Assembly (NCBI GenBank): GCA_963756635.1
Contig: CAVWOR010000004.1
Coordinates: 265,788 to 329,787 of the forward strand
Origin: Vulcanimicrobiota bacterium
Lineage (GTDB): Bacteria > Vulcanimicrobiota > Vulcanimicrobiia > Vulcanimicrobiales > Vulcanimicrobiaceae
Direction: 5' to 3'
Length of the DNA: 64,000 nt
Position 1 is the first letter of the stretch; each line of letters begins with the position of its first letter. Below, piece by piece: positions 50,531 to 59,615 of the stretch. A model generated the notes under the pieces. That model saw nothing but the letters and a program-made list of their open reading frames with translations, was not told where the DNA came from and ran no database searches. A program made the position numbers and the translations under genes.

Positions 50531-51478
50531 TCACGTCTGGGTGCCAAGGGGATGGCATTCTTCTTCGAGGAGAGCGTCGATGAATTCCGCTGGAGCGAAG
50601 GGGCGCAGGTCTTCCACCCCCTCACCGAGGCCGACAAACTTGATCGGCACCTCGAGCTCATCGACAATTGCGACGAGTACGCCACCTTTTGAGGTCGAGT
50701 CGAGCTTTGTGATAACAATTCCGGTCAGCTCAGTTGCGGCGTGAAAGAGCTTCGCCTGCGAGATCGCGTTCTGCCCGTTCGTGCCGTCGACGACGAGTAG
50801 CGTCTCGGCGGGCGGTTCGCCGAGTTCGCGTTCGATCACGCGGCGCATCTTCTTGAGCTCTTCCATCAAGTTCGTTTTCGTCTGGAGCCGGCCGGCGGTG
50901 TCGACGAGCACGATGTCGGCGCCACGCGCCTTCGCCGCGCGCACCCCATCGAAAATGACCGAAGCCGGATCCGCGCCTTCCGCGCCGCGAACGATCGCGC
51001 TTCCGCTTCGCTCGGCCCAGACGGCGAGCTGTTCTGCGGCCGCCGCGCGAAACGTATCGGCGGCGACGACCAAGACGCGCCTGCCTTCTGCTCGCAAGCG
51101 AGTCGCCAACTTGCCGATTGTAGTCGTTTTACCGCTGCCGTTAACGCCTACGATGAGCATCACCGCCGGATTGCGGTCGAGCCGCAGCTCCGCGCCGGGC
51201 AACGTGAGAAAACGTTCGACGTCTTTACGAAAGCGCGCCACCGGCCGATCGGCGGTCTTCCACTCTTCCTGTCGCGCCACGGTCTGCAAGCCGGCCAGAA
51301 TCTTCTGGGTCGCCGGCACGCCGAAATCGGCTAAGATCAACGTCTCCTCGAGCTCGTCCCAGAACTCGGGCGTCAGAGGCCGCTCGGGTCGGCCGAGGCG
51401 TGTCACGGCGGCGAAGCTTTCCCGCGCGCGGCCGAGCGAGGAGCGCAGACGCGACAGCCAGCTCACCCTCCGCTCCAA
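50531..51478 (-). CDS. ftsY: signal recognition particle receptor FtsY
   Basis: NG domain: VGVNGSGKTTTIGKLA, DTAGRL, TKLDSTSKGG. The start is TTG 51478 or GTG 51466. Confidence 0.92.
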   Translation of the reverse strand: MERRVSWLSRLRSSLGRARESFAAVTRLGRPERPLTPEFWDELEETLILADFGVPATQKILAGLQTVARQEEWKTADRPVARFRKDVERFLTLPGAELRLDRNPAVMLIVGVNGSGKTTTIGKLATRLRAEGRRVLVVAADTFRAAAAEQLAVWAERSGSAIVRGAEGADPASVIFDGVRAAKARGADIVLVDTAGRLQTKTNLMEELKKMRRVIERELGEPPAETLLVVDGTNGQNAISQAKLFHAATELTGIVITKLDSTSKGGVLVAIVDELEVPIKFVGLGEGVEDLRPFAPAEFIDALLEEECHPLGTQT

Positions 51479-51504
51479 GCGTTCACGATACCGACTCTAT
51501 CATG

Positions 51505-51518
51505 CGAACGTACGTTCG
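51505..51518. promoter_or_regulatory. perfect Cheo-type SOS (LexA) box CGAAC-GTAC-GTTCG
   Basis: A 14-nt perfect palindrome matching GAAC-N4-GTTC. On the minus strand it sits between TTGACC and TGaTAGAGT (extended -10-like), 27-40 nt upstream of the ftsY start. Confidence 0.6.
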
Positions 51519-51644
51519 GTCAATCATTACGCTATACTCGCTTGATGAGCCGCGTTGCGGAGAACGAGTGGATCGGGTCGACGAAACGCACCCTTGGACG
51601 CGTCGGCGCGACGGTGCCGCTCGCCCTACCGCCTTACAGTATCG

Positions 51645-53096
51645 TTATCTTGTCGCTTCGGTAGCGTTTTCGCGTTTGCGTTCGCGCAGGAAGTGGAAGA
51701 ACTCAACGCCTTCGCGTAAGCGCCGCTTCATCACCTGACGATCGCCGACCATGCCGCCCAGGAGCGAGAACATCTTGCGCGGCCGGAAATAGAAACGCCG
51801 ATAAAACTCGTCGACCGATTCGAACATCATGGTGGAGTTCAAGCCCGGATAGTTGAGCGCCGCGTGCTGCACGCCGTGCGTGTCGACGAGATCGCTGCTC
51901 TGGGCCTCGAGCCAGCCGTTCTCTTGCGCTTGCTTGTATAAATACGTCCCCGGAAACGGCGCGGCGAGCGAGACCTGGATCGTTTCGGGATCCATCTCGC
52001 AGGCAAAATTGATCGTCTCGCGGATCGTCTCCGGCGTTTCGCCCGGCATACCGAGAATGAACGTGCCGTGCACCTTGATGCCAAGGTCGCGACAGTCTTT
52101 CGAAAAACGCCGAATGATGTCGATGCGAGTGCCCTTCTTCATGTTATTGAGCACCTGTTGATTTCCCGACTCGTAGCCAACGAGCAAGAGCCGTAAGCCA
52201 TTGGCTCGCATGATCTCAAGCGTCGCTCGCGGCACGTTCGGCTTGGCGTTGCAGGACCATGTGATACCAATACGGCCTAAGCGCCGCGCGATCTCTTCCA
52301 CGCGCGGGATGTTGTCGGTTAGGGTGTCGTCGTCGAAAAAGAACTCCTTCACCTCCGGAAAGAGCGCTTTAGCGCGCGTCATTTCGGCTTCGACGCTCTC
52401 CGCGCTGCGGACCCGATAGAGATGCCCGCCGATCGTCTGCGGCCAGAGGCAAAACGTGCACTTCGACTTGCAGCCGCGCCCCGTGTAGAGCGAAAGATAC
52501 GGATGCTGCAAGTAGCCATTGAAGTAGTTCGGAATCGTCAGATCGCGTCGGTAGACATCGAGCACGGACGGAAAGGCGTCCATATCCATGATGATCGGAC
52601 GCTCCGCCGTCCGCACGACGCTTCCGTTTTGGCGATAGGCGAGTCCGTCGATCTCGCTCAGCGGCTTGCCCGAAGCGACGTCAACGCAGGTGTAGTCGAA
52701 CTCGCCGACGCTCACCCAATCGACGGCGGGCGCGCCCTTGAGCGACTCTTCGGGGAGCACGCTGACTTGCGCGCCGACCATGCCGACGACGACGTCGGGA
52801 TTCTCCTCCTTCAATCGTGCCGCGAACCGTGCGTCGTTATTGAAGGACGGCGTGCTCGTGTGGACGATGACGCGCTCGTACTCTTTTGCCAGCGGTGCTA
52901 CCTGATCGACGCTCAAATCGTTGGGAGGCGCATCGATCAAGCGGCTACCCGGTATCATCGCCGCGGGCTGCGCCAGCCACGTCGGGTACCAGAAGGAGCG
53001 GACTTCGCGACGACACTGATAGCGCGAGCCCGCGCCACCATCGTAACCTTCGAAGGTCGGCGGGTTCACCAACAGCGTCTTCAAGAAATCGGGCAT
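51645..53096 (-). CDS. hpnJ: B12-binding radical SAM protein, HpnJ-like (hopanoid biosynthesis associated)
   Basis: N-terminus LLVNPPTFEGYDGGAGSRYQCRREVRSFWYPTWLAQPAA and the radical-SAM cluster motif GRGCKSKCTFC. The length (483 aa) and N-terminal pattern match HpnJ as I recall it. Confidence 0.7.
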   Translation of the reverse strand: MPDFLKTLLVNPPTFEGYDGGAGSRYQCRREVRSFWYPTWLAQPAAMIPGSRLIDAPPNDLSVDQVAPLAKEYERVIVHTSTPSFNNDARFAARLKEENPDVVVGMVGAQVSVLPEESLKGAPAVDWVSVGEFDYTCVDVASGKPLSEIDGLAYRQNGSVVRTAERPIIMDMDAFPSVLDVYRRDLTIPNYFNGYLQHPYLSLYTGRGCKSKCTFCLWPQTIGGHLYRVRSAESVEAEMTRAKALFPEVKEFFFDDDTLTDNIPRVEEIARRLGRIGITWSCNAKPNVPRATLEIMRANGLRLLLVGYESGNQQVLNNMKKGTRIDIIRRFSKDCRDLGIKVHGTFILGMPGETPETIRETINFACEMDPETIQVSLAAPFPGTYLYKQAQENGWLEAQSSDLVDTHGVQHAALNYPGLNSTMMFESVDEFYRRFYFRPRKMFSLLGGMVGDRQVMKRRLREGVEFFHFLRERKRENATEATR

Positions 53097-53576
53097 GCTT
53101 TTTCTCCTTCGGCGTCACGGATTTTCTACGGGCAGCGTAAAGCCTTTCGGCCGAAGAAGGTTTTGGCCCTCGGCGGCTAGCGGCCGCCTCACAACGCGTT
53201 GAGGGCGCTGGAAAGATCCGCGAAACGGCGGAAATCCGAAAATGCCGCCTGTATCGTTCCGGCCGCTGCAAACGGTCCGTAGTTTCCTCTATACTGCTGG
53301 GTTTCTTTGGGTTACCGCCCAGTATCCAGGCAGCACTTCGGAACGGCGTCCGTTATCTCGCCGAACGTGGCGTGCGGCGGCAGCGCATTAGGCTGATACG
53401 TACTCGAAACGACCTCATCTCCCACATCGTAAGTGAAGCTTCCTTTACCGTGACGCGCATCGTGTACGCTAGAGGTAAACGCAATCGTTCACGGACTCGT
53501 GCTTCGATATTGGTAAGCGTCGAGATAGCTATGAGCGAGCACGCCGGCTCCCTCATCTGCTCTGTATGCTGCGGGC

Positions 53577-54416
53577 TTACGTGGCCGCTGAAACGTAAAT
53601 GAAGTGGTTCGGCAGATCGAGCGTGAAGGTGCGGCCCGCCCAAAACGAGTTGCCCACGTCGCAGTCGTAGATGAGGTCTGAAAAGCGTACCGCCGGCGCG
53701 GCTAGTTCCGTTTGCGGCGCGCCGGCGAGCGCAATGGACGCAAGGCGACTCTGGATTGCTCCGCTGGGATTGAGCCCGACTGACGCCGCGAAGGTCTTGT
53801 CGAGCGTGATGCCCGGCGAGCCCGTATCGATCTCGCACAGCCCGGTCTTACCGCCCCCGAAATCGAAGCGAGCGAAGAGTGCGAGCGCAATCCCCAGATC
53901 GTCCTGCAGTACCAGCGGGATTTTGGTGTCGGGACGAATGCGCTCCGGGAACGTTTGAGCATCTTCGATCACGATCTGGCGATTTCGGAAATCGAACGTG
54001 GTGGTGACGTTGCGAAAGGCGGTCGCCGAGATAAGTCCATCGATTCCCGAGCCGTCGAGTCCGCTCCATATCCCAACGTGTGGGGCCTCGAGCGCTACGC
54101 CGCCCGTTGCAAGCGTGACGACCTTCCCGATTGGGATATCGGCGCGTTCGCCGGTCAACCGAAGGCTCACGTACTTGCCGTTAACGGCGACGAAACGCCG
54201 GCCGAGCTCGGTCGACACGACGTCGACGCCGGCGCCCAGATTGACGAGCATCGGCACCGCTGCGTGGCCGTCAATGGAAGCCTGGACTTCTATCAGGCCG
54301 CCGTTGACGTCGGTGAACGGTATGGTATCGACCGCTGCGGCCGGCCGCGGCACGATGCAAACGAGCACCATTGCCGCGGCGACGCCGAAGAGCTTGTTAG
54401 AACGCACCAATGCCAT
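53577..54416 (-). CDS. secreted retropepsin-like (clan AA) two-lobed aspartyl-protease-fold protein
   Basis: Signal peptide from ATG 54416 (MALVRSNKLFGVAAAMVLV). The second lobe has CEIDTGSPGITL (DTG). The first lobe has the degenerate LVNLGAGVDVV. The tracked ORF is over-extended to 54938. Confidence 0.6.
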   Translation of the reverse strand: MALVRSNKLFGVAAAMVLVCIVPRPAAAVDTIPFTDVNGGLIEVQASIDGHAAVPMLVNLGAGVDVVSTELGRRFVAVNGKYVSLRLTGERADIPIGKVVTLATGGVALEAPHVGIWSGLDGSGIDGLISATAFRNVTTTFDFRNRQIVIEDAQTFPERIRPDTKIPLVLQDDLGIALALFARFDFGGGKTGLCEIDTGSPGITLDKTFAASVGLNPSGAIQSRLASIALAGAPQTELAAPAVRFSDLIYDCDVGNSFWAGRTFTLDLPNHFIYVSAAT

Positions 54417-55602
54417 TGGGACTTCCAAGTCCCGTGGGTCCGTCCCATCCCTGCCCGGCGATGCAGAGCGGCGCGCCGCAGCCGCCGTTGATGCCGCCGC
54501 TGACGTCGTTGAGATTAGAGGAGTTGCTATAGAGATTGGCGGGATCGTTGGTGCTGGTTTTGCCGGCAAGCGCGAAGACCGACGCAGTGATCGGCGTCGC
54601 GACCGAGGTACCACCGAAAACGAGCCATCCGCTCTCATGGAACGAGTCGTAAACCGCAACGCCGGTGTAGGGGTCCGCGACGGCCGACGAGTCGGCCTGC
54701 GCGCGCTCCGAGCACCCGGTGCTGATGCCGCTTTGGAAGCTCGGCTTGGCGTAAATTTTGCTGCAGCCGCTTCCCGCGCCAGACCACGCCGTTTCCAAGC
54801 GCGGACTAACCGACGCCAGGCTCGTTCCGCCGACGCCGATGACCGAGGGCAGGATCGCCGGCCACTGCGCGGTCGCATTGTAGCCATTGTCGCCGGTTGC
54901 CGCCGTAATGGCCACTCCCGTGACGCTGTAGTCGGCATCGAACCGCTTCGTCCCCTCGTTGCCGCTCCAGCTATTGCTTACGTAGCTCGCATGCGCGGTC
55001 GCGTACTTCTCGGCGGTGCTAAGGGCCGACGTCGAGTTCGACGCCGCTTCGACTAGGAGAATCTTACAGTGGGGGCAGATCGCCGAGACCATGTCAACGT
55101 CGAGCGATTCCTCTTCGGCCCAGCCGGCGTTGCTCACACCGGAATACTTCTTCATCGTGAAGCAGCCGCTCGATTGCGTACAAGGGGACAGTCCATACTC
55201 GGCCCGGTAGACCGAGAGGTCTGACGCGGCATTGGGATCGTCGAATGCGTCAACGATCGCGACGGTCTCGCCACTGCCGTTGCTCTTGCTATACGGCGTG
55301 AGATTATACGCCGTCTGCAAATCGCTGGGCGCATAACCGCCCGGCGTGCCTTCGCGCATCTCGCCTTTGACATCGGTGCGGATCCACGCTTGGCATCGCG
55401 CGTAGTCCTGCGGAACCGCCCCACAGACACGGACCGCCGGCCCCGGACGCGGCCAGAGGCCCAGTTGCGCGGCACTCGGGCGTTCCGCCCGACTCGGAGC
55501 GAGCCCCGAACTCGTGGTTGTGCCCGGCACCGCATTGAATGCGCCGCTGCAGGCCGTTAAAGCGATAACTAAGGTCACCGTAGCAGTTGTTAAAAACCGC
55601 AT
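54397..55602 (-). CDS. S53 (sedolisin/kumamolisin-like) serine peptidase lipoprotein
   Basis: Lipobox LTACSG. TVAIVDAFDDP, EESLDVDMVSA, VSNSWSG, and the catalytic Ser motif FGGTSVATP. ATG 55602 with GGAAGGGA upstream. Confidence 0.75.
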   Translation of the reverse strand: MRFLTTATVTLVIALTACSGAFNAVPGTTTSSGLAPSRAERPSAAQLGLWPRPGPAVRVCGAVPQDYARCQAWIRTDVKGEMREGTPGGYAPSDLQTAYNLTPYSKSNGSGETVAIVDAFDDPNAASDLSVYRAEYGLSPCTQSSGCFTMKKYSGVSNAGWAEEESLDVDMVSAICPHCKILLVEAASNSTSALSTAEKYATAHASYVSNSWSGNEGTKRFDADYSVTGVAITAATGDNGYNATAQWPAILPSVIGVGGTSLASVSPRLETAWSGAGSGCSKIYAKPSFQSGISTGCSERAQADSSAVADPYTGVAVYDSFHESGWLVFGGTSVATPITASVFALAGKTSTNDPANLYSNSSNLNDVSGGINGGCGAPLCIAGQGWDGPTGLGSPNGIGAF

Positions 55603-55700
55603 GTGTGGTACGTCCCTTCCGTTGCGAGCAGGCTGCGACAAGACTTTACGTTTTCCTGCGTCGAACGATTGAGTAACGTAACCGCGTGTTCGGAGGTTCC

Positions 55701-56104
55701 ATGAATCGGTTCGGAGGCTTGATTTTATTCGCCATGCTCGACTTTGCTGCGGGATGTAGCGGCTCGATCGGCTCGACGCCCGCGCTCGGCTCGGGTGGGC
55801 CGCCGGCGTCAACGCGATCGGAACCAGCCAATGTTGGAAGAGCACCGCAATTGTATTTCTCTGGGACGATTGGGGTGGCTGGTACGATAACGCAGCGCCC
55901 CCTCAAGTGAACTACGCGAGCCTAGGATTCCAGGTACCGATGACCGTGATCTCATCTATGCCACACAACTTCGGCTTGGGCTCGCTCGGAACGACCGACG
56001 CAACGGCCAGATCGATGCTGGACGCCTTCGATTTCACCCAGTCGCCCGCTGCTTTCACCAGGCTCCACTTCTGCACATCAACGATTGCGCCAAGAAAGCC
56101 GTAA
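55701..56104 (+). pseudogene. decayed paralog of the downstream phosphoesterase (internal deletion plus frame change)
   Basis: An intact SD, ATG and lipobox (MNRFGGLILFAMLDFAAGCSG). After about 40 codons the homologous text (KSTAIVFLWDDWGGWYDNAAPPQVNYASLGFQVP..FGLGSLGTTDATARSMLDAFDFTQSP) continues in another frame. It matches the last ~110 residues of the 56166-57587 product, including a 32-nt identical stretch. Confidence 0.75.
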
Positions 56105-56165
56105 CGCGCGAGGCTGTGATCGAGCACATCATCGACCGCGACGGCCCACTAGAATAGGAGAAATC

Positions 56166-57587
56166 GTGATACTATTTCGTGTCCTCTTTGCTCTTGCGGC
56201 AGCTGCTCTGGCGACGGGGTGCGGCGGTTCGATGGGTTCGGCACCCGCGCCGGGCCCGAGCGCGCCGACACAACAAAAGCTCGCGCACATCGTCATATTG
56301 GTCCAAGAGAACCGCAGCTTCAACAATATCTTCGCGGGCTTTCCGGGCGCCGATACCGCGATGCAGGGGCCGTGCAAACCGGCTGCGTGGTGCACGGGTT
56401 CACACGTGGTGGCGCTTCACTCGGTAAAGCTCGAGAGCAACGGCAGTCCCAGCGCAGGAACGGATATCGATCATAGCCACCGCGGCTTCGAGATCGAATG
56501 CGATGCCAATAGTGCCAAGGTCTGTCGAAACGATGGGTTCGATCTCATTAATCACGGCCAATCCGGCGGTGGCCCGCCGGCCAAGACCTATCCGTACGCT
56601 TACGTCGACCGTACGGAAACCGCGCCGTACTGGAAGCTCGCGCAGCAGTACGCGCTCGCGGATGAAATGTTCTTCACCGAAACCGCCTCGAGTTTCATCG
56701 CCCACCAAATGCTGCTCTCCGGTACGGTGCGGCTGAACGACAGAGAATCGCTCACCGACCAGCCCGAGGTCACGCCCTGGGGTTGCGACGCGCCGCCCCA
56801 CACGCCGACGGCGGTCATCTTCACCAACGGTAAAGTGAGCGAGTTCGGCGGCCCCTTCCCGTGCTTCACACAGTACGGTACAATCGCCGACCTACTCGAT
56901 GCGGAGAATGTCTCATGGCAATTTTACGTCGACGCGATGTTCTCAAACGAACCGCATTACGATTTCTCCGGTGCCGTCTGGAATGGCTACGACGCCATCA
57001 AGAAGATTCGCTACGGACCGGACTGGAAAAAAAATATCAGCATCCCCAATACCAATATCTTTGCAGACGTCAAGGCGGGAACGCTTCCGGCAGTCTCTTG
57101 GGTGATACCGACGCTCTTCGATTCGGACCATCCAGCGAGCGGCTGCAACGGCGGCCCGCGATGGATAACTAAGGTCGTCAACGCGCTCGGCACGAGCCAG
57201 TATTGGAAGAACACGGCGATCGTGCTGCTTTGGGACGACTGGGGCGGCTGGTACGATAACGTCCCACCGGCACAAATCAACTACACAAGCTTAGGCTTTC
57301 GCGTACCGATCGTCATCATTTCGCCGTACGCCAAGCCCGGTTATATTTCGCATACCCAGTACGATTTCGGCAGCATCCTGAAATTTATCGAGCAGACCTT
57401 CGGCTTGGGCTCGCTCGGAACGACCGACGCTCCCGCAAAATCGCTCGCCGACGTCCTCGATTTCACGCAGACGCCAAATACCTTCAAGCCGGCTGCTATC
57501 CCTCACGCCAATTCTTGCGCAGACGAGCAGGCGGATGGTAATGCGACGCGGCGAGTGATCGATCACGACGGCGGCATTCCCGAATAG
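56166..57587 (+). CDS. phosphoesterase-family lipoprotein (phospholipase C / acid phosphatase AcpA type)
   Basis: Lipobox LATGCGG. HIVILVQENRSFNNIFAGFPGAD, LLWDDWGGWYDN, GFRVPIVIISPYAKPG. GTG 56166 lies 5 nt after TAGGAG. Confidence 0.8.
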   Translation: MILFRVLFALAAAALATGCGGSMGSAPAPGPSAPTQQKLAHIVILVQENRSFNNIFAGFPGADTAMQGPCKPAAWCTGSHVVALHSVKLESNGSPSAGTDIDHSHRGFEIECDANSAKVCRNDGFDLINHGQSGGGPPAKTYPYAYVDRTETAPYWKLAQQYALADEMFFTETASSFIAHQMLLSGTVRLNDRESLTDQPEVTPWGCDAPPHTPTAVIFTNGKVSEFGGPFPCFTQYGTIADLLDAENVSWQFYVDAMFSNEPHYDFSGAVWNGYDAIKKIRYGPDWKKNISIPNTNIFADVKAGTLPAVSWVIPTLFDSDHPASGCNGGPRWITKVVNALGTSQYWKNTAIVLLWDDWGGWYDNVPPAQINYTSLGFRVPIVIISPYAKPGYISHTQYDFGSILKFIEQTFGLGSLGTTDAPAKSLADVLDFTQTPNTFKPAAIPHANSCADEQADGNATRRVIDHDGGIPE

Positions 57588-57589
57588 CC

Positions 57590-58258
57590 GTGCAGCTCTT
57601 CGCCGATCGCGCCGAGGCCGGCAGGCAGCTCGCCGATGCGCTCGCGGCGTACGCTCGCAATGCGGACGTCATCGTGCTCGCGTTGCCACGCGGCGGCGTG
57701 CCGGTCGGTTATGAGGTCGCGCGGCGGCTTCGTGCACCGCTCGACGCTTACGTCGTGCGAAAGCTGGGCGTCCCCGGCCACGAGGAGCTCGCGATGGGAG
57801 CGCTCGCAAGCGACGGAACGTGCGTGGTTGATGAGGAGCTCATCGAATCGCTCGGCATCGGCACGGCGGCGCTGGATGAGGTCGTACGACGCGAGATCGA
57901 CGAGCTTCGGCGCCGAGAGACGGCCTATCGCGACGCGCGGCCGGAGCCCGATATCGCCGGAAAGGTCGTCATCGTCGTCGACGATGGCCTCGCTACCGGC
58001 GCGACGATGCGGGCCGCGGCGACGGCACTGCGCGTGCGCCATCCGGCGGCGATCGTCGCCGCGGTTCCGGTGGCGGCGGCGCGCACGTGTGCGAGCCTCC
58101 AACACGTCGTCGACCACATCGTCTGCGTCGCTACGCCCGAGTCGTTTCACGCCGTCGGCCTGTACTATCGGAATTTCGTGCAGACAAGTGACGATGAGGT
58201 GCGCCGCCTTTTGGCCAAGGCGGCCGCCGATGCGACAGGGCGACGCATCAGCGCGTAG
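57590..58258 (+). CDS. phosphoribosyltransferase-family protein
   Basis: VLALPRGGVPVGYEVA and PRPP loop VVIVVDDGLATGATM. 222 aa. Confidence 0.75.
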   Translation: MQLFADRAEAGRQLADALAAYARNADVIVLALPRGGVPVGYEVARRLRAPLDAYVVRKLGVPGHEELAMGALASDGTCVVDEELIESLGIGTAALDEVVRREIDELRRRETAYRDARPEPDIAGKVVIVVDDGLATGATMRAAATALRVRHPAAIVAAVPVAAARTCASLQHVVDHIVCVATPESFHAVGLYYRNFVQTSDDEVRRLLAKAAADATGRRISA

Positions 58259-58270
58259 TATCACACCAGC

Positions 58271-58621
58271 ATGAAGCGCCCATCGGCGGCTGCGGCCGCA
58301 TTCGCGGTTACGCTCGCCTTCGCGGGCGGCGCCGCATCAGCCCAAACGATCCTCTTTACGTTCACGGGGCTTCGCGGCTCCGTCGCGACCTGCCAGTGGT
58401 TTGACGACAACGTGACCGACCGGTCGATCGACGCGCTCACGCGGCAAACCGATCTACTTTACAACCGCATCGCGCTTCCGGCCGGCACCACGATCAACGT
58501 CGCAGGAAACGCCGTAACGGCGCAGGGCGAGCAGCTCGTGGATTTCACGTTGAATTCCGCAAGCGTCTGCACCGCCGCCGAAGCGATCTACGGTCCCACA
58601 CCGTCGCCGGCGCCCTCCTGA
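58271..58621 (+). CDS. small secreted hypothetical protein
   Basis: 116 aa with a signal peptide (AAAAAFAVTLAFAGGAASA). Confidence 0.5.
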   Translation: MKRPSAAAAAFAVTLAFAGGAASAQTILFTFTGLRGSVATCQWFDDNVTDRSIDALTRQTDLLYNRIALPAGTTINVAGNAVTAQGEQLVDFTLNSASVCTAAEAIYGPTPSPAPS

Positions 58622-58635
58622 CACCAGGCAACATC

Positions 58636-59604
58636 GTGCGAACGATTCATTCGGTTCGCCGCGCGCTCTCGATCGGCGTTGCAGGGGGCATCCTTGCTTC
58701 CTGCGGCGCGTCGACTTCAGGCTTTAATCCTGCGAGCTCGACGCGCCTCAGCCCCTCGGTGCTTCCGCGTGACAAGTCAAGCGGCGATCTCCTGTACGTT
58801 GGTGGCCGGGACACCGTTGAGATCTATACGTTCCCTGCCGGAACCTATCGGGAATCGCTCGAGACAGCCGGCTCGCTGACGGGGCTGTGCGCGGATACTG
58901 AAGGAAACGTCTTCGCGACGGTTAGCGACGCATCGCAGGGCAACGAAACGGGGTACGTTTATGAGTACGCGCACGCCGGCACGAAACCAATTGCGAGGCT
59001 CGACGTGCCGAAAAACGATATCCCCATCGATTGCTCGGCCGATTCGACGACCCGAAACTTGGCCGTCACGCTTCAAAACAGCCGCACGTATGCGCCAAGC
59101 GTTGCGATCTACCCGAAAAAAGCCGGACCGCCCCAGATTTACGTTAGCCGAGCGCTCGGTGCAAATCCGCGGGCCGGCTACGACGATCGCGGCAACCTCT
59201 TCGCGACGAGCGGCGGAAATGTCGGCGCTGAACTTGCGATCGGCAAAAGCAGCTTTACGACTATTACGCTCTCCCAGACGCTCGGAGGGGTCGCGCACGT
59301 CCAATGGGACGGTACATATCTCGCCCTACAATCCTTTGATTATCTGAAGCACAACCGCGAGAAACTCTTCGAACGTATCTTCCGCTTGCAGATTTCAGGC
59401 TCGGCAGGAAAGATCGTGAGTGCCCTCCACTTCCATGGATGGCCCGAAAAAGACCCAGGAGAATCATGGATCCAAGGCGGCAAAATAGTCGCGACGCCTT
59501 CCCGCCAAATAGCATTCTGGGCGTATCCGGCGGCCGGCATGCCCTTCAAGGTGCTCCGTCGCGGCCGCCCTGGTAATGCGATAACCGTCAGCCTCGGCCG
59601 GTAG
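58636..59604 (+). CDS. hypothetical lipoprotein (beta-rich)
   Basis: Lipobox ILASCG. 322 aa. No family recognised. Confidence 0.5.
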   Translation: MRTIHSVRRALSIGVAGGILASCGASTSGFNPASSTRLSPSVLPRDKSSGDLLYVGGRDTVEIYTFPAGTYRESLETAGSLTGLCADTEGNVFATVSDASQGNETGYVYEYAHAGTKPIARLDVPKNDIPIDCSADSTTRNLAVTLQNSRTYAPSVAIYPKKAGPPQIYVSRALGANPRAGYDDRGNLFATSGGNVGAELAIGKSSFTTITLSQTLGGVAHVQWDGTYLALQSFDYLKHNREKLFERIFRLQISGSAGKIVSALHFHGWPEKDPGESWIQGGKIVATPSRQIAFWAYPAAGMPFKVLRRGRPGNAITVSLGR

Positions 59605-59615
59605 CAGCCGCTGCG

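Noticed and set aside
53353-53838. 161-aa minus-strand ORF overlapping the end of the retropepsin-like gene
   Set aside because: Its upstream part overlaps a better-supported gene in another frame. The product is Arg/Cys-rich with no motif. Only the possibility of a relic in the downstream gap is retained as a low-interest finding.
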